In this document: piece by piece, positions 48,074 through 58,408 of the stretch
How the letters are laid out: each line of letters opens with the position of its first letter
How positions within the stretch are numbered: the first letter of the stretch is position 1
Assembly (NCBI GenBank): GCA_965116225.1
Contig: OZ220495.1
Location: forward strand, 149,405-213,404
Reading direction: 5' to 3'
Length of the DNA stretch: 64,000 nucleotides
DNA from: Dehalococcoidia bacterium
GTDB taxonomy: Bacteria > Chloroflexota > Dehalococcoidia > Bin125
The notes under the pieces: generated by a model
Database searches by the model: none
Told to the model about the DNA's origin: nothing
Seen by the model: only the letters and a program-made list of their open reading frames with translations
Program-made: the position numbers and the translations under genes

Positions 48074-48976
48074 TCATTCGACGCCCAACAGGTTGATGTC
48101 TAACTGACCTTCGAATGAGAACGAAGCAGACCCAGTCATGAAGACGGACTCGCCCGGATTGTCTCCATCGCCCTCCCAATAGATCTCGACATCACCTCCG
48201 GGCATGGAGGCAGTCACATTCTCGTCGACTAAGCCGCGCAGATTGGCCGCGACCACCGCGGCGCAGGCACCGGTGCCGCAGGCGAGCGTGAGTCCGACAC
48301 CACGCTCCCAGATACGTATCCTAAGGTGAGTGCGCGACAGCACCTCGACGATCTCGACGTTGGTTTTGTTGGGAAAGTCCGGGTTCCGCTCCACGATCGG
48401 TCCGTAACGATCGAGCGGGAAATCGTCGATGTCCTGGCCTTCGTTGAGGAACCACACCGCGTGCGGATTGCCCATGCTGACACAGGTGAAATCGATCTCG
48501 CCGTGTGGAAACTCGATCGGATGCCATAGGACCGGCCCTCTGCCTCGATGTCGAACGGGAATTTCGTCTGGTTCGAGCCAAGGGCGCTCCATGTCAACGG
48601 TGACAGTATCGATCTTGCCGCCCGCACAGTCGAACACATACGCGTCGAGCACGCCAGCACCGGTTTCGATCGAGAGCGTCTCCCCGTCAAGCTCGAATCC
48701 GGCCCGTTCGATCAGGTACTTGGTGAAGCAGCGGAATCCGTTACCGCACATTTCGCCGTCGGAGCCGTCGGCGTTGACGATCGCCATGCGTGCCGCAGCG
48801 CGGTCGGAATCTTCGGCGATCAGCATGCCGTCCGCGCCGATGCCGAAATGGCGATCGCAGATACGTGGGGCCAGCGCCGACCAGTCGATCGCTCTGAGGT
48901 GCGCGTTCTCGCCGAGCGCGTCGATCAGCACGAAATCGTTGCCCGCGGCCTGCACCTTGAGGAATGGAATCGACAT
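48074..48976 (-). CDS. dapF: Diaminopimelate epimerase
   Basis: MSIPFLKVQAAGNDFVLID...catalytic Cys motifs (MCGNGFRC, ACGTGACA). Confidence 0.85.
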   Translation of the reverse strand: MSIPFLKVQAAGNDFVLIDALGENAHLRAIDWSALAPRICDRHFGIGADGMLIAEDSDRAAARMAIVNADGSDGEMCGNGFRCFTKYLIERAGFELDGETLSIETGAGVLDAYVFDCAGGKIDTVTVDMERPWLEPDEIPVRHRGRGPVLWHPIEFPHGEIDFTCVSMGNPHAVWFLNEGQDIDDFPLDRYGPIVERNPDFPNKTNVEIVEVLSRTHLRIRIWERGVGLTLACGTGACAAVVAANLRGLVDENVTASMPGGDVEIYWEGDGDNPGESVFMTGSASFSFEGQLDINLLGVE

Positions 48977-49015
48977 ACACACGCTCCGGCACGGTTTTCG
49001 GCGACTGCGTGCATC

Positions 49016-49945
49016 TTACTCAAGCAGGTGCAGCGGAACGTCAGCCGCCCAACAGATTGATGGATCGTCGCGGCGGAACCAGGCGCGTTGGCGTCGGGCG
49101 AAGCGGCGAGTCGCCTGGATGACCGCCGCTCGGGCTTCCGACAGGGGCAGATCGCCACGCAAATGCGCCAGCACCTCGCGGTAGCCGATTGAGTCGAATC
49201 CGGGCGCGGCGGCGGTTAGGCCGTCAGCCAGCAGATCGCATACTTCCTCGACGAAACCGGCTTCGAACATCGCCTGCGCGCGCTGAGCGATGCGCTCGTC
49301 GATCTCGCTCAGCGGCAGATCGGGCGCGACGGCGCGCGAGCAGACCGGCTCGCGCCGTCGCTGCCACTCCGAGATTGGCGTTGCGGTGGCGCGGTAGACC
49401 TCCAGCGCGCGGATCAGGCGGCGAACGTTGGAGTCGCCTATGCGAGCAGCCGCCGCCGGGTCGACGCGCTGCAACTCGTCGAAGAGCCGCGCGGACGGCT
49501 GCGCGGCGAGCGACTGGCGGTAGTCCGAATCCGCTTCAACCGGCGGGACGATCCATCCTTCGAGCAGGGCGCGCATATGTTGTCCGCTGCCGCCGACGAG
49601 GATTGGTCGCTTGCCGCGCGACTGGATGTCGGCGAGCGCCGCGCGCGCGGCCGCAAGGTACTCGCCGAGCGAATAGCGCTCAACCGGATCGACGATATTG
49701 AGGCACCAGTGCGGAATCTCCGCCTGCATCACCGCCGACGGCTTGGCGGTACCGATATTCAGCCGACGGTACATCTGCCGAGAGTCGACTGAGACGATCT
49801 CACCGCCGAGCTGTCGCGCAATCCGCATCGCCCATTCGGATTTGCCGGACGCGGTCAGCCCGACCACCGCAATCAGCGGCGGCTGATCAGCCTCTCCGCG
49901 AGCGTCAGCCTGCGGCGATGGACCGTGTGATGGCGATGAAATCAT
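49016..49945 (-). CDS. miaA: tRNA dimethylallyltransferase
   Basis: P-loop (LIAVVGLTASGKS), then VSVDSRQMYRRLNIGTAKP. ATG at 49945. The track ORF extends upstream through tpiA in another frame. Confidence 0.85.
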   Translation of the reverse strand: MISSPSHGPSPQADARGEADQPPLIAVVGLTASGKSEWAMRIARQLGGEIVSVDSRQMYRRLNIGTAKPSAVMQAEIPHWCLNIVDPVERYSLGEYLAAARAALADIQSRGKRPILVGGSGQHMRALLEGWIVPPVEADSDYRQSLAAQPSARLFDELQRVDPAAAARIGDSNVRRLIRALEVYRATATPISEWQRRREPVCSRAVAPDLPLSEIDERIAQRAQAMFEAGFVEEVCDLLADGLTAAAPGFDSIGYREVLAHLRGDLPLSEARAAVIQATRRFARRQRAWFRRDDPSICWAADVPLHLLE

Positions 49946-50657
49946 CAGGCTCGAGCGAGGCGCCGCCGACGAGCGCGCCATCGATGTCGGGCTGCGCCAT
50001 GAAGTCGGCGATGTTGTCGGGGTTGACGGAGCCGCCGTAGAGCATGCGCACTGTTTCCGCCGTGTCGGCGTCGAGCGAGTCGGCGAGAACGGAGCGAATG
50101 TGGGCGCAGGCCGTTTGCGCCACATCGGGCGTGGCGGCTGTGCCGGTTCCGATCGCCCAGACCGGCTCATAGGCGATGATCAGGCCCGGCGGCGCGGGGG
50201 CGTCGCCGAGTGCAATCCTGACTTGTCGAGCGAGCACAGCGGCAGTGCGCCGGTTCTCGCGCTCGGCCTCGGTCTCGCCGACACAGAGAATCGGCGTCAG
50301 GCCGTAGGTCTCGGCGGCGCGAAGTTTGAGCGCCAGCGCCTGGTCGTCCTCGCAGAAAAGCTGCCGACGCTCGGAGTGTCCCAGAATGACCGTGTCGGCG
50401 ACCTCGCGCAGCTGAACCGGTGAGACTTCGCCTGTATAAGCGCCAGACGGTTGCGTGTGCATGTTCTGTCCGGCGATATGGACGCCAGTGTCGGCGAAGT
50501 ACTCGCTGACCAGGCCGAGTTGCGTAAAGGACGGCGCGAGCACCACCTCGACACCATCGATGTCGACAATGCGGGCCAGACCTTGACAAAGCGCGCGCGC
50601 TTCGTCGTTGGTCCCGTTCATCTTCCAGTTGCCGGCGGCGATCGGAATTCGGGTCAC
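49905..50657 (-). CDS. tpiA: Triosephosphate isomerase
   Basis: MTRIPIAAGNWKMNGT...AYEPVWAIGTG. Confidence 0.9.
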   Translation of the reverse strand: MTRIPIAAGNWKMNGTNDEARALCQGLARIVDIDGVEVVLAPSFTQLGLVSEYFADTGVHIAGQNMHTQPSGAYTGEVSPVQLREVADTVILGHSERRQLFCEDDQALALKLRAAETYGLTPILCVGETEAERENRRTAAVLARQVRIALGDAPAPPGLIIAYEPVWAIGTGTAATPDVAQTACAHIRSVLADSLDADTAETVRMLYGGSVNPDNIADFMAQPDIDGALVGGASLEPDDFIAITRSIAAG

Positions 50658-51880
50658 CCAGCGTCCTCCTCGTCGTCAGGTTCGGCGTCGGGCAGGACGG
50701 CGATGCCGGGCAGGTCGAGTCCCTGCAGGTATTCGAGCGCCGCACCGCCGCCGGTGGAGACGTGGCTCATCTTGTTGGTCAGACGGAACTGCGCGACGGC
50801 GGCCGCGGTCTCGCCGCCGCAGATGACGGTTTTGGTCTGTCTCTGCTTGGCGAGCGACTCGGCCATAGCGCGGGTTCCGCCCGAGAACGCCTCGCGTTCG
50901 AACAGTCCGAGCGGTCCGTTCCAGACCACCGTGTCGCAGGCCTTGATCGCGTCGCTGAACAGCTCGACGGTAGCCGGCCCCACGTCGAGGATCCGCCAGT
51001 CGTCTGGCATCTCTTCCTCGCCGAAGACGAGCGGTTTAGCGCGCGGCGGCTCGTCGGCGCCGCGGGCGATGACGCAGTCGTTGGGGATGAGCAGATCGCA
51101 GTGTTCGGATTCGGCGATCGCCGCGACCTCGTTAGCCGCTTCGACCATATTCTGTTCGAGCAGCGAATCGCCCGTGGGCATGCCGCGCGCGAGCAGGAAC
51201 GTGTTCGCCATGGCGCCGCCGATTGCGATCACTTCAGAGAGTTCCGCCAGGCGCTCCAGCAGACCGAGCTTGTCCGACACCTTCGCGCCGCCGCAGATGA
51301 AGCCGAGCTTGCCGGCTCGCCCATTGCGGATCGGTTCCAGGGCGGCGATCTCGTGCTCGATCAACAGGCCGGCGGCAGCGGGCAGCAATCGCGCGACGGC
51401 ATGGGTGGACGCATGCGCGCGGTGCGCGGCCCCAAATGCGTCGTTGACGTATGCGTCGGCGAGCGCGGCGAGCTGCGCGGCGAAGTCGAAGTCGTTCTCC
51501 TCTTCCTCTTCGTGGAAGCGGAGGTTCTGCAGGACCATAACCTGGCCGGGCTTGAGGTCGCGAGCCATCTGCGCGGCGATCTCGCCGACGCAGTCGGGTG
51601 CCATGCTGACGTTCATCCGCAGCGCCCTCGCTAGGCGGACCGCGGCCGGTGTCAGGTCGAAGGCGGGATTGCGCTCGCCGCGCGGTCTACCGAGGTGGGA
51701 GCAGACGACGACCGAGGCACCCTGAGCGAGCGCGTATCTGAGCGTCGGAAGGGCGGCGCGGATGCGGCCGTCGTCGATCACCCGACCGCCGTCCATGGGA
51801 ACGTTCAGATCCAGCCGCAAGAGCACGCGCTTGCCCACCAGATCCAGATCACGAATCGAGGTTTTGCTCATCCTCTTCAT
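50654..51880 (-). CDS. pgk: Phosphoglycerate kinase
   Basis: KTSIRDLDLVGKRVLLRLDLNVP, then N-terminal domain motifs. Start at 51880 or 51871. Confidence 0.9.
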   Translation of the reverse strand: MKRMSKTSIRDLDLVGKRVLLRLDLNVPMDGGRVIDDGRIRAALPTLRYALAQGASVVVCSHLGRPRGERNPAFDLTPAAVRLARALRMNVSMAPDCVGEIAAQMARDLKPGQVMVLQNLRFHEEEEENDFDFAAQLAALADAYVNDAFGAAHRAHASTHAVARLLPAAAGLLIEHEIAALEPIRNGRAGKLGFICGGAKVSDKLGLLERLAELSEVIAIGGAMANTFLLARGMPTGDSLLEQNMVEAANEVAAIAESEHCDLLIPNDCVIARGADEPPRAKPLVFGEEEMPDDWRILDVGPATVELFSDAIKACDTVVWNGPLGLFEREAFSGGTRAMAESLAKQRQTKTVICGGETAAAVAQFRLTNKMSHVSTGGGAALEYLQGLDLPGIAVLPDAEPDDEEDAG

Positions 51881-51957
51881 CGTTCCATGCGCCATGCGGG
51901 GACGACGTGCGCGTTGAGCCATGTCCATTATCCGCCTTGCGTCCTGCGCCCGCGCGT

Positions 51958-52461
51958 TCAGGCCATGGGCGAGAGCTCAGCCTGCGGCTGCGCTTCGATC
52001 GCGGTCGCGCCCGGCTCGCTGTGGCGGGCCTCGACGGCGGCCAGCTTGGCCAGTCGGCGAACGTGTCGTCCGCCTTCGAACTGGGCCGCGATGAAGGCGT
52101 CCACGATCTCGCCGGCTAGCGCGTAGCCGGTGACATACGAGCCAAGCGCGAGAATGTTGCAGTCGGTGTGTTGCCTGGCGCGGCGCGCGGTCCAAGGGTC
52201 GGGGCAGAGGGCGGCGCGGGCACCGCGCACCTTGTTGGCGGTGATGCTGACGCCGACGCCGTTGGAGCAGATCACGATGCCGAGCTGGTGCTGGCCGTCG
52301 ACAACGGCCTCGGCCAAGGGGGCGGCGATATCCGCGTAGTCGGTCGACTCGCTGGAGGCGGGGCCGAAATCATGGACCTGATGCCCTTGCTTGGTCAGCC
52401 GATCTCGCAGGCGCTCTTTCAGCTCAAACCCGGCATGGTCGCCGCCAATCGCGATACGCAC
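51958..52461 (-). CDS. rpiB: Ribose-5-phosphate isomerase B
   Basis: MRIAIGGDHAGFELKE...ICSNGVG. Confidence 0.85.
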   Translation of the reverse strand: MRIAIGGDHAGFELKERLRDRLTKQGHQVHDFGPASSESTDYADIAAPLAEAVVDGQHQLGIVICSNGVGVSITANKVRGARAALCPDPWTARRARQHTDCNILALGSYVTGYALAGEIVDAFIAAQFEGGRHVRRLAKLAAVEARHSEPGATAIEAQPQAELSPMA

Positions 52462-52485
52462 GTGTTATTGCCTCATCTCATCTGT

Positions 52486-53181
52486 TCAGGAGACCGGGTC
52501 TAGGTCGGAGAGTCCCCAGTGCTGCATCAGCAGTTCAGCGACCTTCGCGCTGAGCGTCGGCCCGCGCCGCACCACGCGCGGGTCTCGGCCTGTGCAGTCC
52601 AAGATAGTCGAGGCGGCACCAGCAGGCACGACTCCACCTTCATCAAGTATGTGGAGCAATTCACTATCTGGAATCGCCGAGGTCGAGGCGTCGAATTGGC
52701 GGCGCGCATCGGCGGCGGTCAGCGAGGCCGGTTGGCCGTGAACGTTCGCGGATGTGCCGGTCAGCGGCTCGTCGGCGAGGTCGAGCAATGCGCAGGCGAG
52801 CGGGTGATCGGGAATCCGCAAGGCGATGGTGGCACCGTTGACCGCCCTACTGCGCCACGACGCTCGCCTGTTCACGATCAGGGTCAGCGCGCCGGGCCAT
52901 GCCGACTCCGCCAATGCCTGCAGGCGGTCGTCGAGCGGCGCGGCGATTTGCGCCAAGTGATCGCGCCAGCGCGCGGGCGGCAGGAAGACGGGAAGATTCT
53001 CGCCCTGCGGACGGTGCTTGAGCCGGAACACTGCGGCTACCGCCTGATCGTTCGCGGCGGCGGCGCTGAGGGCGTACTGCGTATCGGTCGGCAGGGCGAC
53101 GACTCCGCCTCGTCGCAAATGCGCAACCGCTTGATCCAGTGCGCCGAATGACACAGCCGTAGCATACCCCGCGCGTATCAT
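52486..53181 (-). CDS. tsaC: L-threonylcarbamoyladenylate synthase (TsaC/YrdC/Sua5 family)
   Basis: GGVVALPTDTQYALSAAAANDQAVAAVFRLKHRP. Confidence 0.8.
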   Translation of the reverse strand: MIRAGYATAVSFGALDQAVAHLRRGGVVALPTDTQYALSAAAANDQAVAAVFRLKHRPQGENLPVFLPPARWRDHLAQIAAPLDDRLQALAESAWPGALTLIVNRRASWRSRAVNGATIALRIPDHPLACALLDLADEPLTGTSANVHGQPASLTAADARRQFDASTSAIPDSELLHILDEGGVVPAGAASTILDCTGRDPRVVRRGPTLSAKVAELLMQHWGLSDLDPVS

Positions 53182-53204
53182 CGTGGCGTGGCACAGGGCA
53201 TAGC

Positions 53205-54773
53205 GTGATACAAGGCGATTTCCAGCACGAATCGATCGTGATCGTCGATCTCGGCTCGCAGACGGCGATGCTCATCGCGAGGCGTGTGCGGGAGCTCAAC
53301 GTCTATTGTGAACTGGTTCCGCCGACGGCGTCGTGGGAGCGCGTTCGCGGGCTGAATCCGCGCGGGATCATCCTCAGCGGCGGACCGTCCAGCGTTCACG
53401 ACGAAGGCGCGCCGAACGCGCCCGACTGGGCGCTGGACGGTCGGATGCCGGTGCTCGGCATCTGCTACGGGATGCAGGCGATGGCGAAGCAGCTAGGAGG
53501 GCGCGTCGCGTCCGGGCGCGAGCGCGAGTTCGGCGCTGCGTACATCTATCCGCAGGCGGGTTCGGCGCTCCTTGATGATCTGCCGCGGCCGATGCCCGTC
53601 TGGATGTCGCACGGCGACCGCGTTGATGAGCTGCCGAGCGGATTCCGCTCGCTGGCTGGGACGGACAGCATTCCGATCGCGGCGATGGGCGACGACGCCG
53701 GGCGCTTCGGCATCCAGTTCCATCCCGAGGTGGCGCACACGCCGCATGGACTGCACCTGTTGGGCAACTTCGTCCACGAGATCTGCGGCTGCTCGGGCGA
53801 TTGGGACGCGGTGCACTTCATTACCGAGACGGTGGAGGCGATCCGCGATCAGGTCGGCGACCAACGCGTGATCTGCGGACTGTCTGGCGGCGTCGATTCG
53901 TCCGTCGCGGCGGCGTTGGCGCATCGCGCGGTGGGCGATCAACTCACGTGCATTTATGTCGATAACGGTCTGATGCGGCTGGGCGAGACCGTGCAGGTCG
54001 TCGATACCTTCGATCGAGTGATGCGGATGGACCTTCGGGTCGCCCGGTCGGGCGATCGATTTCTGGAGGAGCTGGCCGGCGTCGCCGATCCGGAGACCAA
54101 GCGCAAGCGTGTCGGCGAAACATTCATCTCGGTCTTCGAGGAGACGGCGCTGGAGATCACGAAGGAGGACCACGGCGTCGACTATCTGGTGCAGGGCACG
54201 ACTTACCCCGACGTGGTCGAGAGCGCCGGCTCCGGACAGGGCTCCGCGACGGTGATGATCAAGTCGCACCACAACGTCGGCGGGCTACCCGACGATCTGC
54301 GCTTCGAGCTGATCGAGCCCTTACGCCACCTGTTCAAGGATGAGGTGCGCGAAGTCGGGCGCGAGCTGGGGCTGCCGGAGGAAATTGTCGGTCGGCAGCC
54401 GTACCCGGGCCCCGGTCTGGCGATCCGCATCATCGGCCCGGTGACGCACGAGAGGATCCGCGTGCTGCAACTAGCCGACGCTGTGGTGATGGAAGAAATC
54501 GGCAACGCCGATCTCTATCGCGATCTGTGGCAGTCGTTCGCGATCCTGACCGATACGCGCAGCGTTGGCGTACAGGGCGACGCCCGCACCTACGGTTGGG
54601 TCTGTGCACTCCGAGCGGTGACCGGCGACGACGCGATGACCGCCGACTGGGCGCGGCTTCCATACGATGTGTTAGGGACTATCGCGAATCGGATCGTGAA
54701 CGAGATACCCGAGATCAACCGCGTCGTCTACGACATCACTTCAAAGCCTCCGGGCACGATCGAGTGGGAGTGA
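53205..54773 (+). CDS. guaA: GMP synthase (glutamine-hydrolysing)
   Basis: GATase Cys box (GICYGMQ), PP-loop (SGGVDSSV), C-terminal dimerisation domain. Confidence 0.9.
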   Translation: MIQGDFQHESIVIVDLGSQTAMLIARRVRELNVYCELVPPTASWERVRGLNPRGIILSGGPSSVHDEGAPNAPDWALDGRMPVLGICYGMQAMAKQLGGRVASGREREFGAAYIYPQAGSALLDDLPRPMPVWMSHGDRVDELPSGFRSLAGTDSIPIAAMGDDAGRFGIQFHPEVAHTPHGLHLLGNFVHEICGCSGDWDAVHFITETVEAIRDQVGDQRVICGLSGGVDSSVAAALAHRAVGDQLTCIYVDNGLMRLGETVQVVDTFDRVMRMDLRVARSGDRFLEELAGVADPETKRKRVGETFISVFEETALEITKEDHGVDYLVQGTTYPDVVESAGSGQGSATVMIKSHHNVGGLPDDLRFELIEPLRHLFKDEVREVGRELGLPEEIVGRQPYPGPGLAIRIIGPVTHERIRVLQLADAVVMEEIGNADLYRDLWQSFAILTDTRSVGVQGDARTYGWVCALRAVTGDDAMTADWARLPYDVLGTIANRIVNEIPEINRVVYDITSKPPGTIEWE

Positions 54774-54775
54774 GC

Positions 54776-55207
54776 GCATTGGTGATCGCGATTTGCATGA
54801 GTATGTCGCTACGTCACCGCCTGCCGAGTGTCTGTGGAAGGCTAGAAGCCGCCGGCCACACGGTGCTAACGCCGGTCGATACGCGAGAGTTCGATTACGA
54901 GCGCGCCAACGATCAGCAGCGAGCCGAACTGAAGCGGGAGAAAGACCTGATCCGCACGCATTACGAGAAGATCAAGGGATCGGACGCGATCTTGGTGCTG
55001 AACGAGGATCTGCCCGGCAAGCCCAGGTACATCGGCGGCAACAGCTTTCTCGAGATGGGCTTCGCCCATGTGCTCGACATCCCGATTTATCTGATACAGG
55101 ACGTGCCCGAGTCTCCCTATCGCTCAGAGATGCTGGCCATGGATCCGATCGTGATCCACGGCGACCTGAGCGAGATTCCCGCAAAGCTGCCATCGTCGCT
55201 GGGCTAG
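54776..55207 (+). CDS. Nucleoside 2-deoxyribosyltransferase-like protein (weak)
   Basis: GTG start. ILVLNEDLPG...YIGGNSFLEMGFAHVLDIPIYLI resembles the family core. Confidence 0.45.
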   Translation, partial: ALVIAICMSMSLRHRLPSVCGRLEAAGHTVLTPVDTREFDYERANDQQRAELKREKDLIRTHYEKIKGSDAILVLNEDLPGKPRYIGGNSFLEMGFAHVLDIPIYLIQDVPESPYRSEMLAMDPIVIHGDLSEIPAKLPSSLG

Positions 55208-55216
55208 CCTCAGGCC

Positions 55217-56518
55217 ATGCGCATCCTGGTTGTCGGTGGCGGCGGACGCGAGCACGCGCTGGCCTGGAAGCTGTCCCGATCGCCCGCTTGCGCGGCGATC
55301 TTCACCGCGCCGGGCAACGCGGGCACGGCCGCGCTAGGCGAGAATCTCGCGATTCGAGACTCCGACATCGACGGCATCTGCGCGGCGGCGGTGGAGCGGC
55401 GGACGGACCTGGTGGTCGTCGGGCCGGAGGCACCGTTGGCGATCGGCCTAGTCGATGCGCTGACAGAGCGGGGGATCCTCGCGTTCGGGCCGAGTCGGGC
55501 GGCGGCACGGATCGAATCCTCGAAGTGGTTCGCCAAGTCCATCATGCGGGATGTCGGCGTGCCGCATGCTCGCGGCGAGCTGTTCGAGTCCGCACAGGCG
55601 GCGCACAAGTGGTTGGAGATTCTGGGACCGGACGCGTTACCGATCATCAAAGCCGATGGGTTGGCGGCTGGCAAGGGCGTGATCGTGCCCGATCGGATCG
55701 AGGACGCGCACGCCGCGATTGACGAGCTGTTCGGCGGCGCGTTCGGCTCGGTGGGAGGGCGGATTGTGATCGAAGATCGGCTCTCGGGCAAGGAAGTCTC
55801 GGCGATGGCGATCGTCTCCGGGACCAACATCCTGCCGCTACCGCTGAGTTGCGACTACAAGCGCATTCTGGATGGTGATCGGGGACCGAACACCGGCGGC
55901 ATGGGCGTCTATGCGCCGCCCGGATTCGTGGTCGACGCCGAGCGCGTGTTCGACGTGATCCACCAGCCGGTCGCGGAGCAGCTGGCGGCGGACGGCGGCG
56001 AGTTTCGCGGATTGCTGTACGCGGGGTTGATGGTCGATGACAGAGACATACACGACGCATCTGACGTGCATGTGCTGGAGTTCAACGCCCGTTTCGGCGA
56101 TCCCGAGACGCAGGCCGTGTTACCGCTGCTCGACGGCGATCTGCTGCCGTTGCTCGCCGCCGCGGCGCGCGGCAAGACGCTACCGCACGACGCGATCAGG
56201 CAGAGCAGTCGGGCGTCCGTCAGCGTGGCGATCGTCAGTGGCGGCTATCCCGGTCGTTACGCGATCGGCGCGCCCATTCAGGGGCTGGATGCCGTCGATG
56301 ACGATGATCGCGGGGATTACTCGGTGCACGTGTTTCAGGCTGGAACCGCCATCGACGATGATGGTCGGACGGTGACGGCCGGCGGGCGCGTGCTCGCCAT
56401 TACCGCCGTCGCCGATACGCTGGAAGCGGCGCGCGCGATCGCCTACGACCAGGCGCGTCGGATCACGTTTGACGGCTCGTTCTATCGCACCGATATCGCC
56501 CAACGGGAGCTGTCATAG
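55217..56518 (+). CDS. purD: Phosphoribosylamine--glycine ligase
   Basis: MRILVVGGGGREHALAWKL...ATP-grasp core. Confidence 0.9.
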   Translation: MRILVVGGGGREHALAWKLSRSPACAAIFTAPGNAGTAALGENLAIRDSDIDGICAAAVERRTDLVVVGPEAPLAIGLVDALTERGILAFGPSRAAARIESSKWFAKSIMRDVGVPHARGELFESAQAAHKWLEILGPDALPIIKADGLAAGKGVIVPDRIEDAHAAIDELFGGAFGSVGGRIVIEDRLSGKEVSAMAIVSGTNILPLPLSCDYKRILDGDRGPNTGGMGVYAPPGFVVDAERVFDVIHQPVAEQLAADGGEFRGLLYAGLMVDDRDIHDASDVHVLEFNARFGDPETQAVLPLLDGDLLPLLAAAARGKTLPHDAIRQSSRASVSVAIVSGGYPGRYAIGAPIQGLDAVDDDDRGDYSVHVFQAGTAIDDDGRTVTAGGRVLAITAVADTLEAARAIAYDQARRITFDGSFYRTDIAQRELS

Positions 56519-56530
56519 AGAGCGGCAAGC

Positions 56531-56896
56531 ATGACGACAGAGACGACCCACACGACACGGACGATCAAGCCAAACCTGCAAGCGCATGACAAGGTCGCGG
56601 CCATCGACATGTTCGAGGGCATCGCCCGACGCACGTTGAACGCCGGCGCGCGCACGTCAATCCACGAGATCCAGATCGCGGCGGGCTACGTGGTACCGAT
56701 GCACACGCATCCGCACGAACAGATCGGCTATCTCGTCTCGGGACGGGTCAGGTTCGAGCTCGGCGACGAGGTACGGGAACTGTCGGCCGGCGACTCGTGG
56801 ATCATCCCATCCGAGGTACCGCACGAGGTCACGGCGATCGAGGACTCGGTTGCGCTGGACATCTTCTCTCCCGCTCGCGAGGAGTACATCCCCTGA
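56531..56896 (+). CDS. Cupin domain protein
   Basis: Two cupin His motifs (PMHTHPHEQIGYLVSG...PHEV). Confidence 0.75.
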   Translation: MTTETTHTTRTIKPNLQAHDKVAAIDMFEGIARRTLNAGARTSIHEIQIAAGYVVPMHTHPHEQIGYLVSGRVRFELGDEVRELSAGDSWIIPSEVPHEVTAIEDSVALDIFSPAREEYIP

Positions 56897-58188
56897 TGAT
56901 CCCCCGTTATCAACGCGCACAGATGGCGGCGCTGTGGACCGATGACGCCAAGTGGCGGCGATGGCTGGATGTCGAGATCGCGGTCGTCAACGCCTGGGCC
57001 GACGAGGACGTCGTGCCGCGAGCGGACGCCGAGTTGATCGCCGCCCATGCGGGATTCGACGTCTCAGACATCGATCGTTACCAGGCCGAGGTTCACCACG
57101 ACACGCTGGCGTTCCTGCGCTCGGTCGCCGACACCTTGGGCGCGGAATCGCGCTGGGTGCATCATGGGCTAACCACCTCGGATGTCTGGGACACTGCGTC
57201 GGCACTCCAGATCCGCGATGCGGCGCGGATCATCGAGGATGACCTCGAACGACTCGAAACCGCAATCAGCAGACGCGCCGTTGAGCACAAGCATACGCTT
57301 TGCGTTGGCCGCACGCACGGCATCCACGGCGAGCCGACGACGTTCGGCCTCAAGCTCGCCGGCTGGGTTGATGAAACACGACGCAATCGGCGGCGGCTGG
57401 CCGATGCCATCGAGTCGGTTGCCGTGGGCAAGATCTCCGGTGCCGTCGGCACCCACGCGACGGTGCCACCACACATCGAGGAGCGCGTTTGCCGCGAGCT
57501 GGGGCTAGGCGTCGAGGCGATCTCGACGCAGGTGGTGCAGCGCGACCGCCACGCGCACTTTCTCTCCACGCTGGCGGTGATCGCCGCCTCGCTGGAGCGG
57601 TTCGCGACCGAGATTCGCCATTTGCAGCGCACTGAGGTGCGCGAGGTGCGCGAGCCGTTCGCCGAGGGCCAGGCCGGGTCGTCGGCGATGCCGCACAAGC
57701 GCAACCCCGAGAAGGCGGAGCGCGTCTGCGGACTGGCCCGCACGATCCGCGCCAACGCGATGACCGCACTGGAGAACGTGGCACTCTGGCACGAGCGCGA
57801 TATCTCGCACACCTCGGCCGAGCGCATCGCGATCCCCGACGCCTGCTTCGCCCTAGACTACATCACCGACATGCTGGCATGGATCGTCGACGGGCTCGTG
57901 ATCGACGCTAAGCGGATGCGAGCCAACCTAGACTCGTCCTATGGGCTGATCTACAGCCAGCGCGTGATGCTCGCGCTGACCGAAGCCGGGGTCGGCCGCG
58001 ACGACGCCTACAAACGCATCCAGCGTTATGCGATGCGGGCGTGGGACGAGGGCGCCCAGTTCCGCGAGCTGATCGAAGCCGACGAGCTGATCACGACGGC
58101 GCTCGATCGGGATGCGTTGGACGCGCTGTTCGACCCCGCCTATTTCACGCGGTACATCGACGAGTCCTTCGCGCGGCTGGGATTGTAG
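56896..58188 (+). CDS. purB: Adenylosuccinate lyase
   Basis: MIPRYQRAQMAALWTD...SSAMPHKRNP. ATGA overlap with the cupin stop. Confidence 0.9.
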   Translation: MIPRYQRAQMAALWTDDAKWRRWLDVEIAVVNAWADEDVVPRADAELIAAHAGFDVSDIDRYQAEVHHDTLAFLRSVADTLGAESRWVHHGLTTSDVWDTASALQIRDAARIIEDDLERLETAISRRAVEHKHTLCVGRTHGIHGEPTTFGLKLAGWVDETRRNRRRLADAIESVAVGKISGAVGTHATVPPHIEERVCRELGLGVEAISTQVVQRDRHAHFLSTLAVIAASLERFATEIRHLQRTEVREVREPFAEGQAGSSAMPHKRNPEKAERVCGLARTIRANAMTALENVALWHERDISHTSAERIAIPDACFALDYITDMLAWIVDGLVIDAKRMRANLDSSYGLIYSQRVMLALTEAGVGRDDAYKRIQRYAMRAWDEGAQFRELIEADELITTALDRDALDALFDPAYFTRYIDESFARLGL

Positions 58189-58195
58189 TTCGGAG

Positions 58196-58408
58196 ATGGC
58201 GGGCGACTCGGGCAAGGCAGGCAACGAGCCGAACTGGGACAATCAGACGATCTGGACGGGCGACAACCTCGAGATCATGCGGGGGATGAACTCGGCGTCG
58301 GTGGATTTGATCTACCTCGATCCGCCGTTCAACTCGAACAAGGACTATCTTACTCATTCATTGTCAGCCTATTCCGTAACTGGCAGAGACTTCCTTGTTG
58401 AATCGTAA
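58196..58408 (+). pseudogene. N-terminal stub (about 65 aa) of a beta-class DNA methyltransferase
   Basis: Retains target-region/motif IV (WTGDNLEIMRGMNSASVDLIYLDPPFNSNKDY), then terminates. AT-richer DNA follows. Confidence 0.6.
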
